DNA of 64,000 nucleotides. Origin: Planctomycetota bacterium (GTDB lineage Bacteria; Planctomycetota; B15-G4). Below the pieces are notes generated by a model. It did no database searches. It was given only the letters and a program-made list of their open reading frames with translations, and was not told the DNA's origin. Positions 26,561-38,495 of the stretch are shown piece after piece; within the stretch, counting starts at the first letter, position 1, and each line of letters begins with the position of its first letter. Both the position numbers and the translations under genes were made by a program. Location of the stretch: assembly GCA_965248575.1 (NCBI GenBank), contig CBDFJQ010000002.1, positions 3,104,001 through 3,168,000 of the forward strand, in the 5' to 3' direction.

Positions 26561-27304
26561 TCAAGCCCGCGCCGATTCCGGTTTCATGAACAGGTAGAAG
26601 CCGAAGCCCATGGTCGTCCGCCCCCAGCGTAGGTAGCCGTCCCGCCACACGCGACTGCGGCGCAGCTTCTCGGCCCACGCTTCATCGCCAGGATGTTGCG
26701 CCGCCTCGCGTTCGACCTTCATGCGATGCGACCATTCAAAGTGGTCCCATTCGTCGTCGTTGCTGACCGTGGCGTACATGGGCACCAAGCCTCGCCCCTC
26801 GGCAAAAGCGACGTTCTCTGCGTGGGTGTGATACAGGCCGCAGGGCTCACCGAGCAGTTGCAAGTACCCCGGAGCCGGGTCCTGCTTCCAATAGCCCTCG
26901 CCCAGGAGCAGCAGCCCACCGGGGCGAACGGCATCGGACAGGGCCTGGAGCGCGTTGGGGTAGGCCGTCTCACCCATGCCGAACGCGTGGGTGGAGCCGA
27001 GACAGAGGGCGACGTCGAAGGCTGCCTTGGGCAAGGCAGACCCACTCATGTCGGCCTCCTGGAACTCCACGGCGTCGCCAACGAGACGCCCTGCGGCCAG
27101 CTCCCGTGCCACCGCCAAGGCTGCGGCATCGCGGTCCATGCCCACACCCTGGGAGCCGCTGCGTTCCACGAGCTGAATCAGGAACTCACCCGTGCCGCAA
27201 CCGGCGTCAAGGACCTTGCTCCCCCGCTGAAGTCCCAAGGCGTCCATCAGGCGCTCCGCCTTGGACTGGCTGAGGGGGCAGTTGATGTCCCAGGTCATGA
27301 TCAA
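26561..27304 (-). CDS. Class I SAM-dependent methyltransferase
   Basis: VLDAGCGTGE, FD..LCLGSTH, RPGG.LL.GEGYW. Confidence 0.9.
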   Translation of the reverse strand: MIMTWDINCPLSQSKAERLMDALGLQRGSKVLDAGCGTGEFLIQLVERSGSQGVGMDRDAAALAVARELAAGRLVGDAVEFQEADMSGSALPKAAFDVALCLGSTHAFGMGETAYPNALQALSDAVRPGGLLLLGEGYWKQDPAPGYLQLLGEPCGLYHTHAENVAFAEGRGLVPMYATVSNDDEWDHFEWSHRMKVEREAAQHPGDEAWAEKLRRSRVWRDGYLRWGRTTMGFGFYLFMKPESARA

Positions 27305-27867
27305 AAGCCTCGCTGGCCAGGGTCGTCAGTCGTTCGTGTCAAATCGGCCTCCAAGTGCAACGTGGTTGCCGACACATCGCCGGTGGCCATCCGCATGCTG
27401 TAGCGCAGGCTCTCGGCGCCGCACGTCCAGTTGCGTTCCGAAGCCCGCATGCGCTCGTCGTTGCCCAGGAGGACACTGCTCCACTGGAGCGCGAGCAGGT
27501 CATGCGGCCCTTCGGCCTCCACCCGTTTGCCGCGCAGCACTTCGACCCGGCCTCCGCTCTGTGCGTTCGACAGCTCCCAGCGCTCGCCATCGAGCGGGCG
27601 GATGATGCCCACTTCGACATGGGCCTCTTCCACCAGCTGTCCTGCGGCATCGAGCAATTCCGTGCGCTGGCGAAAGACGAGATGCGGCGAGCCCTCGTCG
27701 CGCCAGACGCAGAAGACCTCGCGGTACTCGAAGGCGTCGATGGTGGGGAACTGCCCGCGCCCCCGACCAACCCAGGTCCCGACCAAGGGAGACAGCACGC
27801 TGAGTCCGCGCTTGAGTTCGGCCTGCAATTCTTGCTGAAGTTCTTCCTCGCTCTTGTGGTCCATCAC
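27301..27867 (-). CDS. Nitrobindin/THAP4-like heme-binding beta-barrel (FABP family)
   Basis: LVGTW.G.G.G.FPTI..F.Y.E, H.E.G, and C-terminal MAT....HL.A.L.R with the heme-ligand His. Confidence 0.8.
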   Translation of the reverse strand: MMDHKSEEELQQELQAELKRGLSVLSPLVGTWVGRGRGQFPTIDAFEYREVFCVWRDEGSPHLVFRQRTELLDAAGQLVEEAHVEVGIIRPLDGERWELSNAQSGGRVEVLRGKRVEAEGPHDLLALQWSSVLLGNDERMRASERNWTCGAESLRYSMRMATGDVSATTLHLEADLTRTTDDPGQRGF

Positions 27868-28109
27868 GTCTTTTTCCTGCGGGTCGTCTTGGGTTCCACG
27901 TACTGGAACACCTCGTCGAGGGGCAACTCCAGCACGCGGGCGATGCGAAAGGCCACCTCCAAGGAGGGCGAATACTTGCCGCCCTCGATGGCGTTGACCG
28001 TCTGCCGGCTCACGCCGATCACGTCTGCGAGCTCCTGTTGCGTGAGCTCGGCGTGCTCCAACCGGAGCTGGGCGATGCGGTTGCGGACACCTGTCTTCTC
28101 CCGCGCCAT
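27864..28109 (-). CDS. XRE-family HTH transcriptional regulator
   Basis: NRI..LR, TQQELA..IGVSRQTVNAIE.GKYSPSLEVAF.IA. Confidence 0.95.
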   Translation of the reverse strand: MAREKTGVRNRIAQLRLEHAELTQQELADVIGVSRQTVNAIEGGKYSPSLEVAFRIARVLELPLDEVFQYVEPKTTRRKKT

Positions 28110-28111
28110 CT

Positions 28112-28540
28112 CTAGAAGCCCCGGCGGTAGGCCATCAGCTGCAGCGTGTTCTTGACCAGCTCGGACAAGAACATCGACAGCAGCAGGATGTGTGCAACCC
28201 AGACGTTCTGCACCTCGAAGACCATGGCGGTGACAGCGGTCAGCGAACCCACGCCGACGATCCAGGCCGAGCGACTCTCGGAGCGCCAGTCGATGAGCCT
28301 GTCCCGCTCGTCCGCGTCCTCGGGTTCGCGAGGCAAGCCTGCCAGGGCCACCAGGGTGTAGCCCGCGACCAGCACCACCACCTGCGCGACCACGGTCACC
28401 AAGAACACGCCGGCGTAGGCGGGCATCGCCGTCACGCCCTCGGCCATCATGCCGCCTGCTACGACGAAGTAGCCCCCCATAACCAGCAGCATCGCGATCA
28501 GCTGCACCCAGACGCTCTTCTCTTCAAACGAAGCGTTCAT
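28112..28540 (-). CDS. Membrane protein partner of the XRE regulator
   Basis: About four TM segments, DERDRLI motif, C-terminal YRRG; lies directly upstream of the XRE gene. Confidence 0.8.
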   Translation of the reverse strand: MNASFEEKSVWVQLIAMLLVMGGYFVVAGGMMAEGVTAMPAYAGVFLVTVVAQVVVLVAGYTLVALAGLPREPEDADERDRLIDWRSESRSAWIVGVGSLTAVTAMVFEVQNVWVAHILLLSMFLSELVKNTLQLMAYRRGF

Positions 28541-28616
28541 CGCTCTTCCTTCCACTCAAGACCCCGGGCCTTGCTGCCCGTTGGAACCACGCACCGGGGT
28601 TCTTGCCCGGCGCATG

Positions 28617-28663
28617 GATGTCAAAGATACTTGACATCGACAGCATGTCAAGAATACTTGACA
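28617..28663 (-). promoter_or_regulatory. Tandem palindromic operators overlapping a sigma70-type promoter
   Basis: GATGTCAA-AGATAC-TTGACATC (28617-28638) and TGTCAA-GAATAC-TTGACA (28646-28663). Minus strand reads TTGACA-16 nt-TATCTT, pointing at 28540. Confidence 0.8.
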
Positions 28664-28773
28664 CGGTCATCCAACAGCCACGGGCTCAGCGGGGCGAGAG
28701 CAGGAAGGCTCGCCGAGCAGGGCGAACCCCATCTGCTGCACAGGGTCGTCCGCCTGCAGAGCCCCTACACGCG

Positions 28774-29253
28774 CTAGAAGCTGAGCGTCATCATGGCTTC
28801 CTCGTCTAGGAACTCTCCCGTCAGGCGGAAGCCCAGGCCTTCGTAGAAGGGCTGCGGACCACCCGGACCTTGCACCACGCTCAACTCCAATTCCTTGGCA
28901 CCAGGGCGACCGCGCACATGCTCGATGAGCAGTCGGATGGCCTGGGCGCCGAAGCCCAGGCGCTGGTAACGCGCGTCCAGCATGAAACGCCAGATGTAGT
29001 ACTGGGGCTTCACGGGGTTGTCCGACAGCATCACGAAACCCACCGGCGTCTCGTCCGCGTAGAGCGCCCGCACCCAGGCCGCATCCGAGTAGGACGCCTC
29101 GGCCAGGGAGAGCGCGTTGGGCGCCACGAACTGGCGTTGGTCCTCCCGGGGTTCCAGGGCGCAGATGGCGCGCACGGTGTCGGCGTTGATCTCCCGCAGG
29201 CTGATGCGGGACGCCTTGGAGGGCGCGTTGCCCTGCTCTCCTGGGTCGTTCAT
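28774..29253 (-). CDS. GNAT acetyltransferase (spermidine/diamine acetyltransferase-like)
   Basis: Q.QFVA.N..SLAEA, IWRFMLD.RYQR.GFG, FYE.LGF..TGE. Confidence 0.9.
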   Translation of the reverse strand: MNDPGEQGNAPSKASRISLREINADTVRAICALEPREDQRQFVAPNALSLAEASYSDAAWVRALYADETPVGFVMLSDNPVKPQYYIWRFMLDARYQRLGFGAQAIRLLIEHVRGRPGAKELELSVVQGPGGPQPFYEGLGFRLTGEFLDEEAMMTLSF

Positions 29254-29260
29254 GGGTGAC

Positions 29261-29833
29261 TCATGGGTCGCTGACTCCGTCGGTCAAGGGGAACACGAGG
29301 TGGATGTCATCCGGCTCCAGCTCGAAGAGACGCGGGTCGGGGGTGCTCGTCAGCACCGCCCCGCAGCGCCAGTAGAAGTCCACGGTCCCCTGAGTGGGGA
29401 TCGCCGAGATGTAGAGGGCCGATGCGCCCATGCCGCGCGCAGCTTCCTGCGCTTCATGGAACAGTCGGCGTCCCAGCCCCCGCCGCCGGAAGGCCTGGTC
29501 CAGGTAGAAGAAGCAAAGCTGGCGTCGATCGGAGCGTGGGCCGAGGGGATCGCTGTCCACAACGGCCACCCCCACCAAGTGCGGACCGTCGTGGACCGCC
29601 GCCAGCTCCTGCTCGAACATCCCCAGCAACACGCCGCCGCGATCGAAGCAGCGCTCGAGCTTGCCTTGCTCACGCTCCGGCATGCCGGCCGGCCAACCCT
29701 TCAAGTCGAAGACCAGTGGCGTCAGCACCAACCGACCCTGCTCGAGCCGATACGCCTGGGTGGCCACCTCGCTGCGGTCGATGCCCCAGATGAGCGGGAT
29801 CTCCGCGCGCTCGAGACGTCGACATGTGGTCAT
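29261..29833 (-). CDS. GNAT acetyltransferase
   Basis: IDRSE, FRRRGLGRRLF, LYISAIPT..TVDFY, EPDDIHL. Confidence 0.9.
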   Translation of the reverse strand: MTTCRRLERAEIPLIWGIDRSEVATQAYRLEQGRLVLTPLVFDLKGWPAGMPEREQGKLERCFDRGGVLLGMFEQELAAVHDGPHLVGVAVVDSDPLGPRSDRRQLCFFYLDQAFRRRGLGRRLFHEAQEAARGMGASALYISAIPTQGTVDFYWRCGAVLTSTPDPRLFELEPDDIHLVFPLTDGVSDP

Positions 29834-29867
29834 GGCAAGGCTCGAGGAGTGGGAGTCGAGAGGCTCG

Positions 29868-30920
29868 TCATCGAGCGATCACCAGCGAGTCGGGGTGCGT
29901 GCGTTTCCAGGCGTACCAGAACGCGCGGTCGACCCGCAGGGCATCCAGTTGATCGACGTGCCAGACGCGGCCCGTGAGCACGTCACGCACCTCCCCTTCT
30001 CGACCCGCCGAGGCCCCGTCCACCGCTCCGAGCAGGAGCAGACTGCCCGACAGCTTGCGGTTCACCGCCACGACACGACCCGTGGACGGGAAGCGCACCC
30101 AGGCTACCGGCAGCTTGCCCAGCACAGCATTGATGACCGTCGCCTCTTGCAGAACCGCCTCGGCCACGGCCGTCTGATGCTCCCCGAGCCGCAGCCCGAA
30201 GACGACGTCCTTGGGGCCGATGCCCCCCAGGCCTTCCGACAACTCAGGCAGGAAGAGGCGCTCGGGGTCGGCCAGGTAGGCGTCGTAGCGCGAGTGCTCG
30301 AAGTCGCGGATGTCGGTGGGCTTCTCCAGCACCAGGGTGTCCGGGTGCGCTGCGCGCCACTCACCCCAACTCGTGAAGGTCGAGGGCACATGCGACAAAC
30401 GCTCCCCCGTACGGGGCCCCTCGATGGCCCGACCGTCGACCTGGGTCCAGAGCGACTCCGTCTCCCGGTCGTACATCACCAACACACCATTCCAGAGCTT
30501 GCCCGACACGCCGAAGCTGCTGTCGCCGTCACCGTTCCGGGAGTACACGACTCCCGCAGAAGCCAGCGGTCACCAAGTGGCGGCGATGGGCCGCCCGTCC
30601 AGCTCGTCGTTGACGATCTCGTGCCCGTCGAGGTGCCAGGCCGAGTAGCACTTGGCCGTGCCGTTGGCGCCCACCACACCGAGCACCGGCTCGTTGTCGC
30701 GCATGAAGGCGTCGGCGCTCAGGGCATCCACGAAGACGGGCTCATCAATGGACGGGATGCCATCCAAAGGAAGCACGTCGTACATGGGCGTGCCCTCCAC
30801 GAGATGGGAGGGCATGACGCGCTCGGCGCGGCCAGCGCTGGAGCAGGCCAGGCAAAGCGCGCTGAGTACGGCGGCCGTGCAGACCAGCCGCGCAACTCGA
30901 CGGGAAGGAGGGCTGAACAT
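29868..30920 (-). CDS. DUF3179 family lipoprotein, predicted selenoprotein (TGA at 30570-30572 read as Sec)
   Basis: ORFs 30570-30920 and 29868-30548 are in the same frame and join as DGIPSIDEP...HEIVND..DG.PIAATW-U-PLASAGVVYSR...FGVSGKL....LVMYDRETESLW.Q. The TGA sits where the family has its C-P-L cysteine. Confidence 0.8.
30531..30569 (-). promoter_or_regulatory. Bacterial SECIS-like stem-loop
   Basis: 13 nt after the TGA the mRNA reads CGGGAGU-CGUGU-ACUCCCG, a perfect 7-bp stem with a G/U-containing loop. A lower stem (CCG...UUC with GAACGG) is possible. Confidence 0.7.
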
Positions 30921-31054
30921 GGGGCGAGATTCCTTGAGGGGTGCCAGGGCTGACTGGGCGGAGGATCATCGATCGCGGCACAGAATGTCCCCACCGCTAC
31001 CCAATCGTTCACTCAATCGAGGAAGGCCAGGCAGGCAGCCACCCGGCAACGAAC

Positions 31055-32353
31055 TCAGAGACTCTCGTCGAGCACCACCAGGCTGCTTCCAGGCCCCAAG
31101 GTCGGCAGACCCGCCCCACTCACGAAGACGGACTGCGTGAGGATCAGGGTGCCGTCCACGCCGACCGGCAGCAAGGGCGCCGGCAAGGTCACGACGAGTG
31201 AGTTCGCAGCGCCGCTCACGAAACCGAGGAAGCCGGGGCCGCTGAATGGCGGCGGCAGGAGGAACACGCCCTGGAGCGGAATCATGGGCGCCTGGCCCAC
31301 CGACAGCGCTGAGAACAGGAACACCGCATCCCCCGGGAGCCCTTCCGCCGCGAAGGAGACGGGCTGGCCTTCACGCACCAGCCCGGCGAGCTGCGCGCTT
31401 CGAGGCGGCGCCCAGAAGGTGGTGACGGATCCAGCCGGAGCATTCAGCGTCATGCCCACGATGGCGGGCGGGGACGCAGCACCACCCACCAGTGTGTTGC
31501 CCCGATCCCACAAGCTGGAACCGTCATCGGCCACGAACACCGCATCCCCTCCGTCGGGGATCAAAATGCCGGCGGAGCCCGCGGCGCCGCCCGTGAAGGT
31601 GTTGCCCGACACCGAAGCCGTGCCCTGCAGGAGTACGAAGGCGTGGCCACCATTCGCGATGAAGGATTGGCCCTGGCCGGCATCCCCTCCCTTGACGCTG
31701 CACTCGTGCATGACGAGTTGGGTCGTACCGAGCACGCCCAAGACCTCCACGCCAGAGGCAGCGGACGTGGCCGGAAAGCTGCCCAGGGAATCGGCGCCGC
31801 GCCCGCCTTCGATGCCGCAACGCTCAAGGATCAAGCCTGCGCTCGCCTCCATCTGGACAGCGGGGTGCACTGACGAGGCACCCGAGACGGCATTCGGCAG
31901 CGCATCCCGCCCGCGCAGCGTGCACTGCTCGACCCACACATCCCCCAGCGCGTCTTTCACCCGCAGGCCCGACTTTCCCGGTACCCCGGAGGGGAGCCCC
32001 GGCACGGGCTGCGTGTCGAAACCGCGCAGGTGCACGAGGCTGCCGGCTGGTGTTGCGATGATCTCGAAACCACGCACCGCCACCGGCCCCACGCCTTCGT
32101 CCGGGAGGATGCTGAGACCCTTGCCGAAGATGGTGACAGGGACCCAGTCGTCGGGGAGATAGTTGCCGGCCTTGAGCAGCAGGATGTCGCCGTCTGCCGC
32201 GGTACTGACCGCCGACCGAAGGGCCAAGACCCCATCGCCGCCGCCGGGGTCCACGACGATCACGTCAGCCCGCAGCGGGGCGGCGAACACGAACATCCAG
32301 GCGCAGGCAACAGACACCCAGACGGAAGCAATCCCAACCAACCGTCGCATCAT
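31055..32353 (-). CDS. Secreted Gly-rich beta-helix-like protein
   Basis: Signal peptide ending PLRA; AV..AADGDILLLKAGNY (pectin-lyase-like start); repeated C...GG.G turns; about 100-aa beta-sandwich-like C-terminus. Confidence 0.7.
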   Translation of the reverse strand: MMRRLVGIASVWVSVACAWMFVFAAPLRADVIVVDPGGGDGVLALRSAVSTAADGDILLLKAGNYLPDDWVPVTIFGKGLSILPDEGVGPVAVRGFEIIATPAGSLVHLRGFDTQPVPGLPSGVPGKSGLRVKDALGDVWVEQCTLRGRDALPNAVSGASSVHPAVQMEASAGLILERCGIEGGRGADSLGSFPATSAASGVEVLGVLGTTQLVMHECSVKGGDAGQGQSFIANGGHAFVLLQGTASVSGNTFTGGAAGSAGILIPDGGDAVFVADDGSSLWDRGNTLVGGAASPPAIVGMTLNAPAGSVTTFWAPPRSAQLAGLVREGQPVSFAAEGLPGDAVFLFSALSVGQAPMIPLQGVFLLPPPFSGPGFLGFVSGAANSLVVTLPAPLLPVGVDGTLILTQSVFVSGAGLPTLGPGSSLVVLDESL

Positions 32354-32499
32354 CGGAGAGCTGCCTCGTCTGGGGGTGCCGGTACCGGTATCGGTGCGGA
32401 GAACAGGGCCTGTGCGCCGACCGTCGCCCGGACGACCGCTCACGAGGCAGGGCGACCGAGTATAGGCCGAGCCCGAGAATCAGGGACCTTGGCAGCGCC

Positions 32500-33105
32500 C
32501 TACCAGACCGCTTCGTAGCCCTCGGGCACGCAATCCGCCCACTCTGCGCTGTAACCGTGCACCCGCTGGGTCGGCTCACCGCCAGCGTCCACCACGGTGT
32601 TGCCGTGCAGGACCCAGGCGCAGATGCCGCCCTCGAGGTTGTAGGCCTCGACGCCGGCGTCCACGAGATCTTCGGTGAACTCCGCCGAGCGCCAGCCCGC
32701 CGTGCAGTAGACCAGCACGGGCGCGTTGGGCTTCTCACGCAGGAAGGCTTGCCGGGCCGACTTGCTCTCGAGGCGGCGTGCGCCCGCGATGGTGGACACA
32801 GCCATCTCGTGCGGCTGTCGCACGTCGACGACGATGGTCTCCGGCGGCAAGGTTTTCCGATCGGCCACCGAGAGCGTCGGCACGCCGAAGCGTTCGCGGG
32901 CTTCCGCCACGATCGACACGAGGTGCTCGGGCCACACGAGCCCTCCCGTGGAGACGGGTTGGTTCACCACATCACCTCCGCTCCCACCTGTTGTCGAACC
33001 TGTAGTCGAACCGGAAGCGCCACAGGATGGAGCGATCGCCAGGGCACACAGACAGCAAGCAAGCACCCACCCGACCCGCGTCGAACGTCGTTGCGTCGAG
33101 CTCAC
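32500..33105 (-). CDS. Rhodanese-like domain lipoprotein
   Basis: VDVR...E..VS.I.GA, VYCTAGWRS, NLEGGI.AW; lipobox APSC; GAGGAG before GTG 33105. Confidence 0.85.
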   Translation of the reverse strand: MSSTQRRSTRVGWVLACCLCALAIAPSCGASGSTTGSTTGGSGGDVVNQPVSTGGLVWPEHLVSIVAEARERFGVPTLSVADRKTLPPETIVVDVRQPHEMAVSTIAGARRLESKSARQAFLREKPNAPVLVYCTAGWRSAEFTEDLVDAGVEAYNLEGGICAWVLHGNTVVDAGGEPTQRVHGYSAEWADCVPEGYEAVW

Positions 33106-33139
33106 CCTGACTCCTCTCAGTCGCTGATCCGCTTGTCGC

Positions 33140-34831
<1,692 letters not shown>

Positions 34832-34879
34832 GGGATGCTGTCTTCGGGGGGTGGTGAGGAAAAAGGTCGAGTGTAGCCG

Positions 34880-35797
34880 GTGAAGCGCGCGCGACTCCAA
34901 CTCGTGCTGGCCGCGGCGCTCTTCTCCACGGGCGGGGCGGCCGTCAAGGCCACCGAACTGGGCAGCTGGGAGGTGGCCAGTTTCCGCTCCGCGATCGCCG
35001 CCCTGGCCTTGGTGGTGCTGCTGCCCGCCGCGCGCCGCGGCTATTCCTGGGCATCCTTCGGGGTCGGCATCGCCTTCGCCGGCACCATGATCCTGTTCGT
35101 GCTGGCCAACAAGCTCACCACCGCTGCCAACGCGATCTTCCTGCAATCCACCGCCCCGCTGCACGTCCTGCTGCTGGCGCCGCTGCTCTTGAAGGAGGCC
35201 AGCCGACGCCGGGACCTGGCGTTCATCCTCGCCATCGCCGGGGGTCTGGCGCTCTTCTTCGTCGGCAAGGAGGCCCCCACCGCCAGCGCCCCCGACCCCT
35301 CCACGGGCAACCTGCTGGGCGCCGGGGCCGGGCTCTGCTGGGGGATCTCCATCCTCGGCCTGCGCGCCCTCGCCCGGCGCAAGCTGGACGCTGGCCTGGC
35401 ACCGGTGGTACTCGGCAACGTCATCGCGGCCGTCGTTGCCCTGCCCATGGCACTCCCGACGCCCATCGACTCGCTGGTGGTCTCGGGCCAGGACCTGGCG
35501 CTGCTCGTGTATCTCGGCGCCGTGCAGATCGGCTTGGCCTATGTGTTCGTCACGAAGGGGCTCAAGCGCGTGCCCGCCTTGGAGGCCTCGGTCCTGCTCA
35601 TGATCGAGCCCATGTTCAGCCCGGTCTGGGCCTGGGTGGTGCACCGGGAGGTGCCAGGGGGCTGGGCCATGCTCGGCGGTGCCCTCGTGCTGGGTGCCAC
35701 CCTCGCCAAGTCCGTGGTCGATGCACCGCGTAGGCCGCGCACTCGTGGATCTCCGCCGGGCCGCTCTCATGGACCTGGGCCCGGCCACGGCACATGA
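34880..35797 (+). CDS. DMT/EamA family transporter
   Basis: About ten TM segments; TTAANAIFLQ.TAP and EASVL..IEP..SP. Confidence 0.9.
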   Translation: MKRARLQLVLAAALFSTGGAAVKATELGSWEVASFRSAIAALALVVLLPAARRGYSWASFGVGIAFAGTMILFVLANKLTTAANAIFLQSTAPLHVLLLAPLLLKEASRRRDLAFILAIAGGLALFFVGKEAPTASAPDPSTGNLLGAGAGLCWGISILGLRALARRKLDAGLAPVVLGNVIAAVVALPMALPTPIDSLVVSGQDLALLVYLGAVQIGLAYVFVTKGLKRVPALEASVLLMIEPMFSPVWAWVVHREVPGGWAMLGGALVLGATLAKSVVDAPRRPRTRGSPPGRSHGPGPGHGT

Positions 35798-35858
35798 TAG
35801 ACGCATGGCGCGCGCAACATCGGTTCCTGTCGTGCCCTCCCTCGTGGACTAGCGTCGC

Positions 35859-36620
35859 ATGACCATGGACCTGGAGCAGCTCGACGACATCGCGGCCCTG
35901 CGCATGGACAACCGCAAGGCCAACGCCATGAACCCCGAGATGCTCGTGGGGCTCGACGGATCCTTGGTGGAGTTCCTGGAGTCTGGCGCCAAGGCCCTCG
36001 TGATCACGGGCTACGACCGCTTCTTCAGCGCCGGGCTCGACCTGGTGACCCTGGACCGCCTGGACCACGACGGGATGTTGGGCTTCATGCGCCTCTTCCA
36101 GCGCGTCATGCTGTCGCTGTTCTGGTGCGAGCGCCCTGTGGTGGCGGCGGTGAACGGGCATGCGGTTGCGGGCGGTTGCGTGCTCGCCATGCAGGCCGAC
36201 GCCCGCATCGCCACCAACGGCCGCATGAGCTTCGGCCTCAACGAGACGCGCCTTGGCGTGGGCCTGCCGATCGTGGTAGCAGAGACCCTGCGAGCCCAGG
36301 TGAGCCCTGCGGTGCTCGGCAACATCGCCATCGAAGGCCTGCTCTACGACGGTGAGCAGGCCGAGGCCTACGGATTGCTCCACGAGCGGGTGGAACAAGA
36401 CAGCGTCTTGAGCCGGGCCCAGGCACGCGCGCGAGAGCTGGCAGAGATCCCCCCCGCTGCCTATGTGCAAGCCAAACGCGGCATCCGCGCGCCTGCCAGG
36501 GCCGCCATCCACGCTGCTGGAACAGAAGCCGAGGAAGCCTGGTTGTCCACCTGGTTCAGCCCGGAAGCCACCGCCTTGCGCACCGAGATGGTGAAACAGC
36601 TCACGTCGAAGAAGAGCTGA
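35859..36620 (+). CDS. Enoyl-CoA hydratase/isomerase family protein
   Basis: KANAM, FFSAGLDL, AAVNGHAVAGGC, GLNE. Confidence 0.9.
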   Translation: MTMDLEQLDDIAALRMDNRKANAMNPEMLVGLDGSLVEFLESGAKALVITGYDRFFSAGLDLVTLDRLDHDGMLGFMRLFQRVMLSLFWCERPVVAAVNGHAVAGGCVLAMQADARIATNGRMSFGLNETRLGVGLPIVVAETLRAQVSPAVLGNIAIEGLLYDGEQAEAYGLLHERVEQDSVLSRAQARARELAEIPPAAYVQAKRGIRAPARAAIHAAGTEAEEAWLSTWFSPEATALRTEMVKQLTSKKS

Positions 36621-36659
36621 CACCACGCGTCGGCCACGAGCTCAACGCGCTATCGGATC

Positions 36660-37598
36660 TCAACGAGTTGCCCGGCGCTGCTCGAGTTCTTCGAGGGTCT
36701 TGGGCCAGTCGTCCTTGAGCAGCCGGCTCATGACGCGATCGGCCAACAGCTTGCCGCCCGTCTGGCAGGTGGCGCAGTAGTTGGCTTCGTTCTCGGCGTA
36801 GAGGATACGTTGCACGGCGCTGGCGCACACGGGGCAGGGCTTGCCGTACTTCCCGTGCACGGCCATGTCCGCCCGGAAGGCCGTGACCTTGTCGGGGAAG
36901 CCCTCACCGACTTCGGCGCGCAAGATATCGGTCCATTCAGCGAGCACGTCCTGCACGGCCTGGCGCAGCGTCTCGAGATCCGCATCGCTCGCCTTGGCCG
37001 TCTGCTTGAACGGTGAGAGTCGGGCGCGATGCAGGATCTCATCCGAGTAGGCATTGCCGATGCCGGACAGGATACGCGGGTCCGTCAACGCTCGCTTGAA
37101 GGTGTGGTTCTTGGCGCGCAACGCCGCGGCGAACTCTTCGCTGCTCGCGCTCATGACTTCGAGCCCGCCAAGGTTGAAGTTCGCGAGGGCGGCCTCGCCG
37201 CGCACCACGTGCAGAGAAGCCCGCTTCTTGGTGCCTGCCTCCGTGAGCACGAGGGTCCCGTGCTCGAAGTCGAAGGCCGCCAGACCCATCTTTCCGGGCA
37301 GACCCGCACCGGGCTTCTTCCAGCGCAACCTGCCCGCAATCATCAGGTGCAGCACCGCGAACAGCGCGTCCTCCTGGCCACCCGCCTCATGACCGGAATC
37401 TGCGTCAATAAACTCGAACACCACGCGCTTGCCCAGACGCCGGACCCCCCCCACGGTGCAGCCTTCTAGCGCCTTCAGCGGGGGTTCCACGCTGCGGAGA
37501 AGGAAGGGGCTGCGCAGGCGGATCGCCTGCAGGGTGCGCCCCACGACATGCGCCTCCAGGCGCTCAACATAGACCGTGACATCGGGGAGTTCAGGCAT
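36660..37598 (-). CDS. Fpg/Nei family DNA glycosylase
   Basis: N-terminal [28 protein letters not shown], zinc finger CPVC...CATCQ. Confidence 0.9.
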   Translation of the reverse strand: MPELPDVTVYVERLEAHVVGRTLQAIRLRSPFLLRSVEPPLKALEGCTVGGVRRLGKRVVFEFIDADSGHEAGGQEDALFAVLHLMIAGRLRWKKPGAGLPGKMGLAAFDFEHGTLVLTEAGTKKRASLHVVRGEAALANFNLGGLEVMSASSEEFAAALRAKNHTFKRALTDPRILSGIGNAYSDEILHRARLSPFKQTAKASDADLETLRQAVQDVLAEWTDILRAEVGEGFPDKVTAFRADMAVHGKYGKPCPVCASAVQRILYAENEANYCATCQTGGKLLADRVMSRLLKDDWPKTLEELEQRRATR

Positions 37599-37713
37599 AG
37601 CAGGCTGATTATGTATCCTCCGCCGCGCTTGCGTGGCACGCCTGTTTTGTTCGCATGTCAGGCTCCGCTGCGCAGCAGTCGTCCTCAGCACCCCCCATCC
37701 CAGAGGTGAAGTG

Positions 37714-38451
37714 ATGCGCCGCCCCCAACATCTTGTTCTGTCCGCCCTTTGCCTGGCGCTTCTCGCCGCCTGCGGAAACACGGCGTCGAACCCCGAGCTC
37801 TCGGAAGGCGGCTCAACGTCAGGTGCCGAGCAGGCCAGCCCGGCAGAGCAGCAGGCGCCCGTCGCCAGCAGCCTGCCCGACGTGGACCTGTTGAAGGACC
37901 CCTTCAACCCCGCCATGAACGAGACGGCGCCTGACATCTTCAAGACGCGCTTCACCACCACCAAGGGCGACTTCGTCGTCGAGGTGCATCGCGAGTGGGC
38001 CCCGCTAGGCGCTGACCGCTTCTACAACCTGAGCAAGTCAGGCTTCTTCGACGGCGTGAAGTTCTTCCGGGCCATCAAGGGCTTCATGGTGCAGTTCGGT
38101 ATCCACGGCGATCCCAGTGTGGCCAAGGCCTGGCGCAACAACACGCTGCGGGATGAGCCCGTCACCCAAAGCAACAAACCCGGGTACATCACCTACGCCA
38201 AGACCGGCCAGCCCCACAGCCGTTCGACGCAGTTCTTCGTCAACTACGGCGACAACGCCGGCCTGGACAGCCAAGGATTCGCGCCCTTCGGCAAGGTTGT
38301 CGAGGGCATGGACATCCTGAGCTCCCTCTACAACAAATACGGCGAGACTGCTTCCGGTCGCCAGGCCCAGATCCAGACACAGGGCAACGCCTTCCTCGAG
38401 GCGAACTTCCCCGAACTCGACAGCATCATCAGCGCACGCTTGGTGGATTGA
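37714..38451 (+). CDS. Cyclophilin-type peptidyl-prolyl isomerase (lipoprotein)
   Basis: Lipobox [43 protein letters not shown]. Confidence 0.92.
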   Translation: MRRPQHLVLSALCLALLAACGNTASNPELSEGGSTSGAEQASPAEQQAPVASSLPDVDLLKDPFNPAMNETAPDIFKTRFTTTKGDFVVEVHREWAPLGADRFYNLSKSGFFDGVKFFRAIKGFMVQFGIHGDPSVAKAWRNNTLRDEPVTQSNKPGYITYAKTGQPHSRSTQFFVNYGDNAGLDSQGFAPFGKVVEGMDILSSLYNKYGETASGRQAQIQTQGNAFLEANFPELDSIISARLVD

Positions 38452-38495
38452 TTCGCCCCAGTACGCGCCCCTTTCTCTTACGGACCTCCGACACC

